64,000 bases of DNA, taken from the NCBI GenBank assembly GCA_013265495.1, contig MU058009.1:4594739-4658738 (forward strand). The letters run 5' to 3'. A program made the position numbers and the translations under genes. The notes under the pieces are model-generated. The model was not told the origin of the DNA. It saw nothing but the letters and a program-made list of their open reading frames with translations, and did not search any database. This DNA is from Vicugna vicugna. Taxonomy: Eukaryota. How positions within the stretch are numbered: the first letter of the stretch is position 1; each line of letters starts with the position of its first letter. Positions 13,352-25,332 of this stretch are shown one piece after another.

Positions 13352-13450
13352 AGAGAGAGAGACAGAGAGAGGGAGGGAGGAGGGAGGGACAGATAGAGGG
13401 AGGGGGAGGAAAAAAAGGGGGGGGAGGGGAGGGAAAGAGAGAAAGGAGAG
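13352..13450 (+). repeat. Polypurine (GA/G-rich) tract
   Basis: 96 of 99 nt are purines, with several G3+ runs. Confidence 0.9.
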
Positions 13451-14289
13451 CACTCTCTGACCAGCAGGCAGGGCTCATCCCAGGGCCACAGATTCTAGGA
13501 AGCCCTTGGTCCTCCCCATGGAGGTCCTGGGCTGGACCTTGCAGGGCTGTCCTGGTCGTGGCTGAGCACGGGTGGCCCAGCCTCCTGACCTGATGCCCCG
13601 AAAACAGCCATGTCCCCTTCAGAGCAGCCGCTCAGTCCCTTTCCTTCTGCTCTGTCAGCCCTTCCTTTTCAGCGCCTTCCCTTTATTTTCATCTCAGGTC
13701 TTTCTCTCCGTTCCTCGGTGGCCTTGTCACGGGTGCCACGTTTCTCTCCCCCTGTTCACGTGGGGCCCTCCCGTGAGAGGCCCTCTTCCCCTCGTCTTTG
13801 CGGGCCCGAGGCCCCTGTGAAGGACGCCTTCCCCTCCGCCCTCTGCCACCCTCCCTAACGTCCTTCTGTCTGCTCCAGGGACCGGAAGTTTGACCTTTTC
13901 TGTTGGGCTGAAGACGTATCATCGCTCTGCGTTTTCTTGGGGAGTCACTTTCTTTTTTCCTTCATCATTTTTCTTGGAGCAAAAAGGAAGTATCTCTTCA
14001 CTGTCTCCGTGATCCATCTGGTGGCTTGTGTTTGGATCTAAATGTTCATTCTTTTCATTGCAGCTGGTAGGGCTCTGGAGGGTGGAAGGAGGCACCAGGT
14101 CGCCCCTTTTCCAGTAACTGAAAACCTTTCTTACAAACTTCGGAGGACAACCGGCTTCCAAGGCCCCTAAACGAAGGGTTTAGTGCACAGACCCCAAAGC
14201 TGCGGCTTCTGCTGCTCTGTGCCGACGTGTTTGTGTAGAATCGAGATTTGCTTCATAGCATCTCAGGAGGGGAGAGGTCTGGGCTACGC

Positions 14290-14780
14290 CTGCTTAAGGT
14301 ACAACTTAGACACAACAGAGAATAGAGATTTGAAATGCAGTTACATCAACTTGCAGGTGAACAGGTCGAGATATAAAACACAGCCTCTTTCCAGAAGTTT
14401 CCATCCCTTTCCCACTTAATCCTGCTCTGAAGGATTGTCTTGAATTTCATAGAAACGGAATTCTAGACCATGTGCTGTTTCATGCATGGGCTCCTTCACC
14501 TCATATAACGTCGGTGAGGTTCCTGCGTACTTGGCAGGTACGTGCAGTGTCTTGAGCCACCTCTCCGCGGCTGTGTGGCTTCTCACTGTATTTATCCCAC
14601 AGTCTATTTGTCCGCCCTCTTGGCAGACCCTGAGCCGTCTCCAGTTTGGGGGGATTATGAACACGCTTCTGTGGACTTTCTCATTCACGGCCATTAATGT
14701 GCACATACACACATCTCTCCTGGGAAGGTCCCAGAAGCTTGTCTGGGGGCACACAGCAGACACAGGTGTGGACTTAGCAG
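14290..14780 (-). mobile_element. L1MB/ME-type 3' end
   Basis: gcttaaggtacaacttagacacaac, ttgaatttcatagaaacggaatt, gccgtctccagtttggggggattatgaac. Confidence 0.7.
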
Positions 14781-14869
14781 GCGAGCCAGCCCCCGGCAGC
14801 GATGTGGGGCTGTCTGAGCTGGTACCATCCAGCGCTGTCAGTCCTTTTCAGCTGTCGCCTTCAGGCCAG

Positions 14870-15235
14870 TGTGAGAGGAGGTCAGGGGTGAAGAGCCAAC
14901 TGCACCACATACTCCAGTCCTTCAGAGCCTTGCAGGCCAGGCGCCTGCCACGGCCAGATCTCAGGCACCCGCATCCAGAAGTGTGTGGAGGTGGGTGTCT
15001 GCCGCTAACCCTCCCCGCCTGTGGGACTTCATGAGGCCGTGCGAGTGGACTGAGGAGGTACCGTTGGCTGCAGACACTGAGGAGAGAGGTATCTGGAGTG
15101 GAGCCAGATGGACGGTGGTGCCAAACTTCAGAGAGGTGACACTGGTAGGGGAGGTGTGGGTTCCATTCTGGACATGTTGACTTTGAGGGGCCCCGAAGGC
15201 CTCCCAGCCTGCTGGCCAAGTGGTTAAATGCTGGC
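14870..15235 (-). mobile_element. L2 fragment
   Basis: gatggacggtggtgccaaacttcagag...ggttccattctggacatgttgactttgagggg. Confidence 0.6.
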
Positions 15236-17559
15236 CGGCCAAACTCTAGTACGTTTTCCTCAGTTTAAACCATTGTCTATAACTGTTTTGTGAGGTTAGG
15301 TTCTGTGCCTCAAGAAGGAAACATTCCTGGGGCTTTTCATCTCCTCCCCAGAGTGTCTAACAGCTCATGAATATAACTGGCGCTCGATAAATGCCCAGGT
15401 AGGTTACCTGGCCTTTTAAAGAAGTGAAGAAGTGATTCTCTGTATCCAGAGGACCTCAGAATGTCTCGTGCAAGACTAGACTGGCAGTTTAGCCATTCAC
15501 CTGCCACAACATTCCCCAGAGCATCCTTTTAATTAATAAAGAAGAAGACTCCGTAATTTGACTGTGACTCTCTTCCTTGTCAGTGCCCTGCTCCCCATTC
15601 AAGTTGTAAAAGTAGGGCAAACTTTGAGGGTTTGGTGCAATTCCATCCAGCAGGCACCTGAGAGCTCTTCAGCCCCGGCACACGTTCAGGCGCTCGGGCT
15701 GGCACGCGCCGTCCCCCCCCGCCGAGGGCTCAGAACGCAGTGGGAGGAAGTGTGGAAAGCGTCCAACAACGGCCGCCTGGGCAGCCGCCTCGCTCAGTCC
15801 TCAGCGCCCAGGGCAGGTACGACCCTCGGCGGTGGCCGCCGAACGCGGTCCACACCGAGGTGCTAAACACTCGGTACGTAGACAAGTAAACCGGTGGGTA
15901 GACGACAGTATAAAACCACCTGTGGAAGAACAAAAAGTATGTACGCACACACGAAAATATATTTACATACAATCCAGAAATAAAAACCTAGAATTTCGGA
16001 GCAGGAGTGAGTTTCAGAGACCGTCTACTTCGCCCCTCACTTTGGAGAGCAAGAGGCAGACCGGGGAAGCCGACCCCGCGCCTCGGCCAGCGTGAGTGAC
16101 GGAACCCGAGGTGGTTTTCCAGACTTCTGTCTCACCCACAGGGTTCTTACATCCACGTGAGGGTTTTCTACCAGTGGACATGCTGGCAGTGGCCCCGCCT
16201 CAGGGCCCTGCCTTGCTCAGGGAAAACAAAGCGGACCAGCGCCCCAGGACAGCTCTCAGTCCGCGATGAAACAGCAAGTTGCTGGTCTGAAAGTTACTGC
16301 AGCAGAAACGTGCTGAATTGACGGAAAAAAAAAAAAAAGAGAGATGCCGAGGACGGAGAGAGCTGACTGAGACGGCCCAGGCAGCTGGCTGGAGGGCACA
16401 CTCACCAAACCTGACAAGCAGGTCCAAGCTCTTCATCTAATGGGCAAGTGACCTCAGGGAGACGTGGACACGGCGCGGCAGGGGCCGGGCGTGGAGCCAC
16501 CCCACCGACACGGGTCCGTCAGTCCTCCCCAGTCGCCACAGCCACACCTCTGTGGGAGGGCCCAGCTGCACCCCTCTCTTCCCTAGCTGTCTTCTGTGTG
16601 ACCCAAAGTTCCCGCATCCAAACAGAATCCTGTCAGTGCTCAGAGCACAATTCCGCATAACCACCCTGTTTGCAGGCCAACGAGATGCAAATGTGTGTAG
16701 ATGCACTGGCCACACCGGCCCGCAGGCCTTCCCCGCAGCCAGAGGCAGGCGAGCAGGCCCACCCGCGGGAGGGCAGGACGGAGGGCGCAGCGGAGCGGAG
16801 AGGGAACAAGTGACAATTTCAGAAGCAGTGAAGTGGGGAAGGGAGATGTCAGCATGGCCCTCGTGTACGGAGGCAAGAAATGACCCGGCGACAGCCCCTG
16901 CTCCGCCAGCACCGGGGTTGCTTCTATTCACAGCAGCTCACCCCGGGGAACGTTCACCGCCAGAGACAGAAGATCACCACAAGGCAACGGTTCCCGGAGA
17001 AGATGGGAGCGTGCTCCGGACCGCATCGCACCTAGCAATTACTTCCCCTTCCCGACGTCAGAGAAGCCGATAAAACCCGTTTGCTGTGGCCACGACGCGC
17101 ACTTTGTCGCTGATGCTGTTTCTGCTAGAAAGCTTCCAGGGGCCCGGGCAGGCTGGCGCGGTGGCCTGGCCACTGCTCCCCGGACGCCTGCAGCAGCAGG
17201 TGGGAACAGAGAGGCTTGGAGGCTGAGCAGTGGAGGCACCTGGGAAGCCACGGCAATTAGCAGCCACTCCAGCAAGAGGACAGGAGAGCCTGGGGTGGGA
17301 CAGCGGGGCCGACGTGGGACGGAAGAAGGACCCGGGGGCCCGCATCCGCACCAGGTTAGAGATGGGACAGGCAGGAGCGGAGACAAACCCTGTCCTCCCC
17401 ACGCTGGACCCAGACGCTTGAGGAAGGAAGAGTCGGGGGTTAGCACCGGCCTCCCAGGGAGCCGCACCTGCAGTGTGTGATTGTGGTTTATTTTCGCACA
17501 CACACGCCGAGATCAGTTTGTTTCAGTTCCCCTCCACCAAACACTTCCATCCGTCTCGT

Positions 17560-17790
17560 CATTTAATACTTCCTGGTCGTTCCTTACACGCCAGACACGT
17601 TTAATAAGCACGTTTAGCAGCTAATCTGTTAGTCCTGTGTCGCACATGGGAGGTAAACGTTTGTGTCCCCAGGGAGGTGAAAACTTTGTCCCCATCTTCA
17701 TGGGGCTTCTATTTTGGTGGGGAAATCAGATGTGGGACCAGTGGTGACTGCACCCAGGTGGTGTGACCCTGGGGGGCCTGAGCTCACACT
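17560..17790 (-). mobile_element. Degenerate MIR
   Basis: ttacacgccagacacgtttaataagcacg...gggaggtaaacg...tgtccccatcttca. Confidence 0.4.
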
Positions 17791-18924
17791 GCATCTCCAC
17801 GTGTTTGCACAGGGAGACAGCCCCCGACCAGGGAGGCACCAGTGTGGCTCTGAGAGGGAGGGAGCAGGGGGTGGTCACCGTCACCCCGTGCTTCCTGTGA
17901 CCGGCCGGGCACACCGCACCACCCAGCAAAGCCCTGGACCCAGAGAGAATTCTCTTAAGCACACGGTGTCTCTAGCTTCTAATGGGAAGTCAGGGTCTGC
18001 AGTACCAAAGCTGCTCAGCGCGGCCTGGTCCCTCCTCCCGAGTGGAGGGGTGGGCGCACAGCCCGGGCTGCACACCTGCCCTTCAGTGTCAGCAGGTGGA
18101 CTGGGACCTGGACGGGTCTGAAGGACCGGAAGGGCGACCTCGGACCCAGAGTGACGCCCAGGTGATGCTGCGCTGGCAGTGTCACCCCCTCGTGACCATG
18201 AACGTTCCTTAGGGACGTCTTACCCCAAATAGGGGTGCAGGGCCCTGCAGTGGGAAGGAAGCTGGGGCTGGGGGAACCGTCACCCCCCTTTCCTCCTGCC
18301 TCTTAGCGGGCTGCTGGGGGTCGGGGCCTCACTCCAGGGCTGTCCCTTCAGAGGCTCTTCCCCGCCTGTCACTTTTTCAAGGTGAGTTTCCCGAGCGAGC
18401 ACCCGCAGACGCCCCCGGTCCTGCTCGGAGCTCTCCTTGGGCGACGTTTTAATGGCCCGGCCTTAACTGCATCTCCTGCGTCTGCCGTGGCAGCGGCTCG
18501 CGGTGGAATAAAAGCCTTTCGAGCTGCTGGCCCCTTCTCCCCTCCCCACCCGCACCTCCTGTAGGAGAAGATTTTAAGCCTCGTGTTTTAAGGTGATTGA
18601 TTTGGTGTGTTTTCCACTTTCTCTCCTGCTGTGGGGACATTTTGCCTCTATGTGTGATAATTGTTTTTGTTTAAGGAACTTCGGTTTTCCTGTCCCTCAC
18701 TTTCCGCCCTGCTGTCGCAGAACCCAGGGCTGCGAGGCATTGCTCCTCAAGTAGCTAGTTTGCCTTCTCTGATTCTGTTCTTCGTCGTTGGTGCTTCGGA
18801 CTCGCCACGGCTCCCATCTGTGGGGCGTCGAAAGTGGGCACTTGTGCTGCAGCCGGGCCTGTTTTTCTTGTGATACTGGAGCATATGTTTTTCTTTTTTT
18901 TTCCCTTTATATGTGTCTATGTTT

Positions 18925-19110
18925 TTAAGTGAAGTACAGTCAGTGACAATGTGTCGATGTCTGGCGTGCAGCAGTGTTTCCGTCATACACACACATACGC
19001 ACGTTTGTTTCCATTATTATTCTTTCTCATCATAGGTGACCGCAAGATGTTGACTGCAGTGCCCTGTGCTCTGCAGAAGAAACTGGCTGTTTGTCTGTTT
19101 TACACGCAGC
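18925..19110 (-). mobile_element. Cetartiodactyl/camelid L1 3' end
   Basis: ttaagtgaagtacagtcagtgacaatgtgtcgatgtctggcgtgcagca is the reverse complement of the terminus seen at 7560-7610. Confidence 0.85.
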
Positions 19111-19699
19111 ACAAGTGAAGCTACACCTTTCCGTATGTAGTGGGGGCCCCTTAGAGATGTGGCCTCAGGAAGACCTCCAAGGTTTGCGCGTTTCTTTTTT
19201 TTTTTTCCGCACGTTTCTGTGAAGATGTGAGGTTCTTACAGAAAACAAAGCCTCTGATGATGCCCTGGTGGCTACTTCCCTTTTCATTCAAAGCTGTCTA
19301 CTTCCTCTCAACTCGCTCTCAAAAGGCATAGTTGTAAATACCTTTCAGAAGTACCTCTTGGACGTGAGACTCTAAAATGACGACAATGATGTCCAAAGTA
19401 GTGATGAGAAGAATATTTAAAAGCGACAAGAACGACCTAAGACTTCAGGACAGGGGCCATCACACACATTCCTGAATACGCAGACGGCGACACAGTTCTT
19501 CCATCATCATCCACAAAATCCAGCAGCATTTACTACAACGAGGTGGGGCGAGTGGCTGCATTCTCACATCATAAAACTACACTAGAGCGAGTAGAGGGCT
19601 CAGAGTTCCAAGTCTTCATGAGTCAGCCTGGCACAACTCAGAGGGCAGGTTAACGTCTGCAGTTAACCTAGCAGCCTAAAATGACAAATAGCTCCAGTA

Positions 19700-19880
19700 T
19701 CTCCCATCGTACAGGACCAAGTGACAGAGAGAATGCTGTTCGCTTAGCCTACAGCAACCACGAGAGGGAGGCAGGGCAGGCTGGATTTCCCCAAACTGAC
19801 AGATGAAGACGCCGAGACGGCCCGAGTGAAGTGACGCGCCTGAGGTCACAGAGCGAGCAGGCAAACCAGGAGGAAGACTT
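19700..19880 (-). mobile_element. MIR
   Basis: acagcaaccacgagagggagg...gacagatgaagacgccgagacggcccgagtgaagtgacgcgcctgaggtcacagagcgag. Confidence 0.75.
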
Positions 19881-22274
19881 TTCACGCCTCCTACCTAGAA
19901 ACAGCCCCGTAAGTGCGTTTGGTTTCTTTCCTGTACGTGTTTGAATTAAGGCTTTGCTTATAAGTACCACTCCTTTCCTGTTGGATCAGCTTTGATGTTA
20001 CAGCACGTGGAGAACGCAAGCCCGGCCATCAGTTGCCAGAGACGTGGTCCCTCCTCACCGGTGGCGCAGAGGGAGGCGGGCGGCGGGACACGGTGGGGTC
20101 AGGAGCCCGCGGGTCCCCCAGCAGCTGCATCAGTTTCCTCCCACGTCTTGTGGAGGCCCTGCCGAAGGAAAACAGCAGCGGGCAGTGGAGACGGGCCGTG
20201 GGGAGAGACACCCCGGGCGTCCTGGGCACTGCCGTGCAGGGGGCCTGCCCTGGAGAAGGCTCCCCTCCTCCCTCAGGGGAGGCGTCCTCGCTCCAGGGAG
20301 CCCTGGGCTGGGCTCCTCCGTCTCCTCTTTCTCTCTCTCCTGACCCCTCTGCACCTTTCTCTGCCTCTCATCGCATCCTCCATCTGTACCTCGGTGGCCC
20401 TCCGCGGGCATCCTCAGCTGTTCATCTTTCTCTTGCCACCTTCTCTCCTAAATCGTCCTGGCCCGAGCCCCCAGCCCTCCGCTTCCCTGGGCCACTTAAA
20501 CTTCTACCAAGAGAGATGACAGGTGTCACCCGACCCCGCCTTCTCCCAACAAGCTCAGATCTGCTCTGGAAAGCTTTGTGCGGGGAAGTCACGTGTGGGT
20601 ATCGAGACTAGTGCACTGAGCGTCAGATCTATACTCTGAGCCGAAACTGACCGTTAACTCTGTATCTGAGCGACGCCAAATTTCATGTCCTGGAGCAATC
20701 GTGCCCTGAAAATGATGAACAGGTGGATGGTCATTCGATCTCAGGCCGCTGCGGGGTTTTACAAAGCACTCGTAGCTGCACGTAGGGGGCTCGTGTGGCA
20801 CATCTGGGACACAGATCTCTTCTGCCAACCCATACGTTCATTTAAAATCTGTGCTTCCCCCTGAAAAATTCTAATAACTGAAAGAGCCAATAGCAACCCC
20901 CTAATTAATGATTCTCTCTCTTACAAGACGGCGCCTGTTCTTGCTCAGGGCTGACCCCAATTAGGGTGACATTCTGAGCCCAGCATCTCTGCATCTCTGT
21001 TAATCACCACGCACACATCAAGCACAGGGGACTCCTCTCTGCTTCCAACCAGCAATAAACCAATAAAACTCCAGCTCCCGGAGGACTCACGGCTCACTTA
21101 CTCGGCTCACTTACTCGGTGATTTTTGATCACCCAGGCAGGTGTTGTTTTTGAGACGGGAAGAAAACTCTGTCTGAACAGAAATTAAGAAGGAGTTAAGA
21201 AGATTAAAAAAGGAAAAGAAGTGAGAAGAACGGGAAAGCACTGAAAGAGAGAGTACAAATCTCTTCCAACGGTACCTTCTCCTAAAGCTGTTTTATGACA
21301 AAGAGCGGAGCAGGCAGCTCGTTCCCCAGGCCCCCTCCCCCAGACACACGCAGGCCGAAAACATCAGTCCCACCACGACAGACCAGCCCTTGGGAGAAGG
21401 GATCCTCCTGGCCCGAGCCACCCAGCGCCGACACACCGTGAGCGTGGTGAGGAACCAGCCACGGGGCATACTGATAACGCCATGGAGAGCACATTTCTTG
21501 TCGATTGTTGAGATGGGGGCAGATTTATGGCCCGCGTGCCAGGACGCAGGGCTTGGCCCAGCAATGGTGCAACTAAAAACAAATGGAACACGGGACAAAG
21601 AATCAATAATCTAACACACAAATATAAATTAATTGACCTGAACACAGTTGCTAGCCGGTTGTTCGTGTCGGCTGGCCAATCCCAGCAAGTCATCCCGCCC
21701 GCCCCGCGGGCCGCAGCAGGCCGCATGCGTGCCCTTCCAGCCCGCTGCCAGGGCCGCCTCTGGGGCGTCCGGCGTGGGGTGATTTCCAGCGTCACTAAAG
21801 AGGCGTGGCTGGGTCACATCCTTCCCTGGAAGCTCAAAATTATGGAATGTTTTAAAGGTTTTGCTAAGAACTTCTTCATTCAGCGGAAATGGCCTGGGGC
21901 CCCCTTGTACGGCACTCTGTCCGAAGCTCGGGGAGAAGGTAGCGACCCTGAGGTGGGTGGCAGCGTTTTGTGGTGTGGTCTCCAGCAACCTCTAAACCAG
22001 GACATTTGCCACTGTTTCTATGGATCAGTAACACCTCAATAAGCTTGTTAAAGAGCTGCCTACACAGTCGTGGCACTTCAGCTCACAACCCCTAAGCCGT
22101 GCCCGGATGAAGATGTACGGAGCCGACGCTGACGCTCGCCGTCAAGGAAACTCCTAAGGGAGGAAAACGTTAGGCCCACTAAAGGGAAAGTCACAGAGAG
22201 CATGAGGAGGTGCAGCTGAGAGTCTGGAATTCCAAAGAAAGGCGTTGGCTCTGGGGATTTAAGCAACTGTAAAA

Positions 22275-22467
22275 GTCCGCTGTTCAATATGAGAGCCGCT
22301 AGCATGTGTGCCTGTTTTTAATTAAATTACTTAAAATCAAGTAACAGTGAAAACCCACTGGCCACATCGCACGTTCTCAGCAGCCCCGTGGCTAATGGCT
22401 ACCCCGCTGGACTCACAGACACAGGGCGCTTACTTCCCCGTCACAGAAAGGCCCCGGGACGGCCCTG
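22275..22467 (-). mobile_element. MER3-like hAT-Charlie MITE
   Basis: cgctgttcaatatgagagccgctagcatgtgtg...ttaattaaatt...ctggccacatc...gtggctaatggctacc...tcacagaaag...ggacggccctg. Confidence 0.8.
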
Positions 22468-22469
22468 CT

Positions 22470-23230
22470 CTGAAGGATCGGCAGAATCTGGACGCCCAGA
22501 GGAAAGGACGTTCGAGACAAAGAGATTGTTTGAGAAGCAGAGAAGCATGCAGGGCACTGGGGGCTGAGGTTTTACAGGAAAAAGCTTGGCTAATTTGTGT
22601 GTAAGGTATAAATATGGAAGAATAAAAAGTGCGAGTGAAAAAGGAGGTGTGACCTGAATTGTTCAGCACTGGGGAAAGTGGTCTAAGAGGTTTTGGCTTT
22701 ATCGTGTTGTCCACAGGGAGTTGCTAAAATCACAGCAGAGAGAAGGGACACCATCAGATGTATGCGCCCGGAATGTGGAGACAACAGTGTTACAGGCAAC
22801 ACAAGGAGCAGAGAGTGGGGGTTGGGCAGCAATTAGGACGTGGCAGGGAAGAGCCACCGGAGAGTCAGATGCTGCGCTTTGATGGCTGTGGTCGGGGAAC
22901 GAAAAGAAGAGGATGACTCCACTGCACGTGGCACCTGCTGTGATAGAGACACAAAAGAGAAAGAAAGTCAGTGCTTGAGCCAAGGTTTTATACGAGGATG
23001 CTGCGTTCATGAACACAAATGTCACCCAAAAGAGGAGGAACAGGTCTTGGCGTGGAGAAGGTAAGCTCAGTGTGGGGCGCGTGAAGACACCTACGGGCTT
23101 CCCACTTTGAAGAGTTCAGGAAAGACTTAGAAACCAGACACTAGAACCAGGGGGAGAAAATCAGAAGTGGGAATGTGGGTTTCAGAGTCAGTGATGCAGA
23201 CCTTAGGTCAGTCCCCAGGAGGACGTCACG
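22470..23230 (-). mobile_element. L2 fragment
   Basis: Purine-rich antisense L2 motifs (ctaagaggttttggctttatc...cagggagttgctaaaa...agggacaccatcagatgtatg). Confidence 0.6.
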
Positions 23231-23299
23231 CTCACTAAGACACACAGAGTAGGAGGCGAGGAAAAGGCTTGAGGACAGAGCCTGACTGTGAGGTATCAG

Positions 23300-23903
23300 A
23301 CCGACCCAGCAGTTCCAGTCTTGGGTATGTATATGAAAAATACAAAAAAGCACCTATTTGAAAAGACACAGGCACCCCAATGTTCACAGCAGCATTATTT
23401 ACAATCGACAAGATGTTGAAGCCACCTGAGCGCCCACCAGCCAATGACTGGATAAAGAAGACGTGGTGTGTATATGCAATGGCATACTACTCAGCCATAA
23501 AAAAGGAGGCCATGTTGCCATTTGCAGCAACACGATCGTACTTGGAGGGCATCATGAGAAGTGAAGTAAGTCAGAGGAAGACACACACCGTATGGCATCA
23601 TTTCTATGTGGAATCTAAAAAATGCAACAAACTGGTGAACGTAGCAAAAATGAAGCCGACTCACAGAGAACCAGTGGGAGGAAGACACAGAGAACAGACT
23701 AGTGGGAGGCAGGAGGGAGATGGAGCGGAAGATGGATGAGGCACAAACTGCTGGGTATAAAATTAGCTACAAGGGTCATTGCGCCACACGGGGGCACGGC
23801 CGGTATTTCTACAACTGCAAATGGAGCGCAACCACAAAAACTGAATCACTAGGTTGTACACCTGAAACGTATAATGTTGTACAGCAACTATACTTCCAAA
23901 AAA
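23300..23903 (+). mobile_element. 5'-truncated L1 (ORF2 C-terminus plus 3'UTR)
   Basis: ORF 23380-23739 (MFTAALFTIDK...DWIKKTW...YYSAIKK...PFAAT..LEGIMRSEVSQ) is the L1 ORF2p C-terminus. Ends ...caactatacttccaaaaaa. Confidence 0.92.
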
Positions 23904-23949
23904 CGGGCAAAAAGGTGGCATCAGGGGGAAGTTCCGCAGAGAGGCTCTG

Positions 23950-24160
23950 TGCAGGCTCTCACTGCAGACGAGGCGGAGTGCAGACTGCAGATCCTGGAGG
24001 CTCAGGTCACAGTCTACAGCGAGTTTCTCAGCCGCTCTGAGCCTCAGTTTCCTCACTCAAAAAACTAGGAAAACATGTCCCACCTTCTTGGGTTAACTGG
24101 GAAAGACAGCTGGATTGTGTCCGTGAAGTGGCGGCCATGCTAGGTGCCCACGCATGTCAG
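23950..24160 (+). mobile_element. MIR
   Basis: gcgagtttctcagccgctctgagcctcagtttcctcact. Confidence 0.75.
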
Positions 24161-25277
24161 CCATGGTTTGTAATCATTCAAAGGCAAATCTTTGCCGCTT
24201 TCCTCGTGATGATTTTCCTTCTGTTGCTCTTCGATTTCTCAGCCTACAGAGGAGGGTCATGAGTGAGGAGGAATACTACTGGGAGAATACAGAAAGGCTT
24301 TCTGATGCCTTCGTGGGAAGCGCAAGTCAGAAGTACAAGTGGTAGGAGCTGTCACCAAGACCCTGCATTTCAGGTTAACATTTGTTAATAAAAGACTCAA
24401 AACCAGGTTTGGGGATGCAGGTCAGACCCTTCAAATGCACGGACGCAGGCTGCGTGTGGGAAATGCCGCCCCTCTAACCTCACAGAGCAGCCTGACGCTC
24501 AGCCGGGGCTGACCAGTCCTGGGGGTGGGGGAGTTTGAGATTGTATGTGGGACCGAGTCCATGGGGGTCAGGGCGAACGCTAAACTGTTAGGAGGATTCG
24601 TGAACATTTTATACTTCACCCCCCTTCTAAAGTGTGGTTGCCCCCCACGCTCAGCGAGAGGGAGGATCGCTCTGTATTTACTTGAGCCACTGACAGACTA
24701 GACCGTCAGGACAAAAGCCGAGATCCTCGTGCAAACTGGACAGCACGTAACAGGCGTTTCATCTGCTCCCGCGCCTCCACGTCGGCGATGATTCGGAGAA
24801 CGGACTTTGTGACTGCTCTGTTGATTTAGTTCTACTGCAAATGAGGCAAAGGAGGGCTCGAGACCCTGCCGCTTCTCTTTCTGGCTCCCGTGTGCATCCC
24901 ACACCAGGCGCCGGGATGGGCAGCACCGCCTTGGTCCACGTGGAAGGGTCTGCTGTCGCCTCACACACTCCGTTCACTTTGACGGACCCGATCCAAGCCG
25001 GCACCTCGCACAGAATCGCTGTCCTCTTGGCAGATGGGGTCAAACCATCCTCGGCCCCAACGATGTGTTCACCCGGCGTCACATTCTGCTTTGGTCTCAT
25101 TCAACTTGGAAAAGCCTCACCCTTCCTATTCTGGTGATTATAAGAGTGTAAGTGTTACAGGAGGCAGTGAGCATATAGCCTCCCGCCCCTGAGGGAGGCT
25201 GGCCTACGTGTCTGATGGGGAGTGGGGGGGAATTCCAGGGGCCCCGGGAGAAGTAGTTACGAAGCCCGTGAAACCTC

Positions 25278-25332
25278 GTGTGTGTGTGTGTGTGTCTGTG
25301 TGTCTGTGTGTGTGTGTGTCTGTGTGTCTGTG
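25278..25332. repeat. Compound (TG)n/(TGTC) microsatellite
   Basis: Seen directly. Confidence 0.95.

Noticed and set aside
16235..16257. RE1/NRSE site (cagcgccccaggacagctct)
   Set aside because: Wrong half-site spacing (3 nt) and mismatches in the left half.
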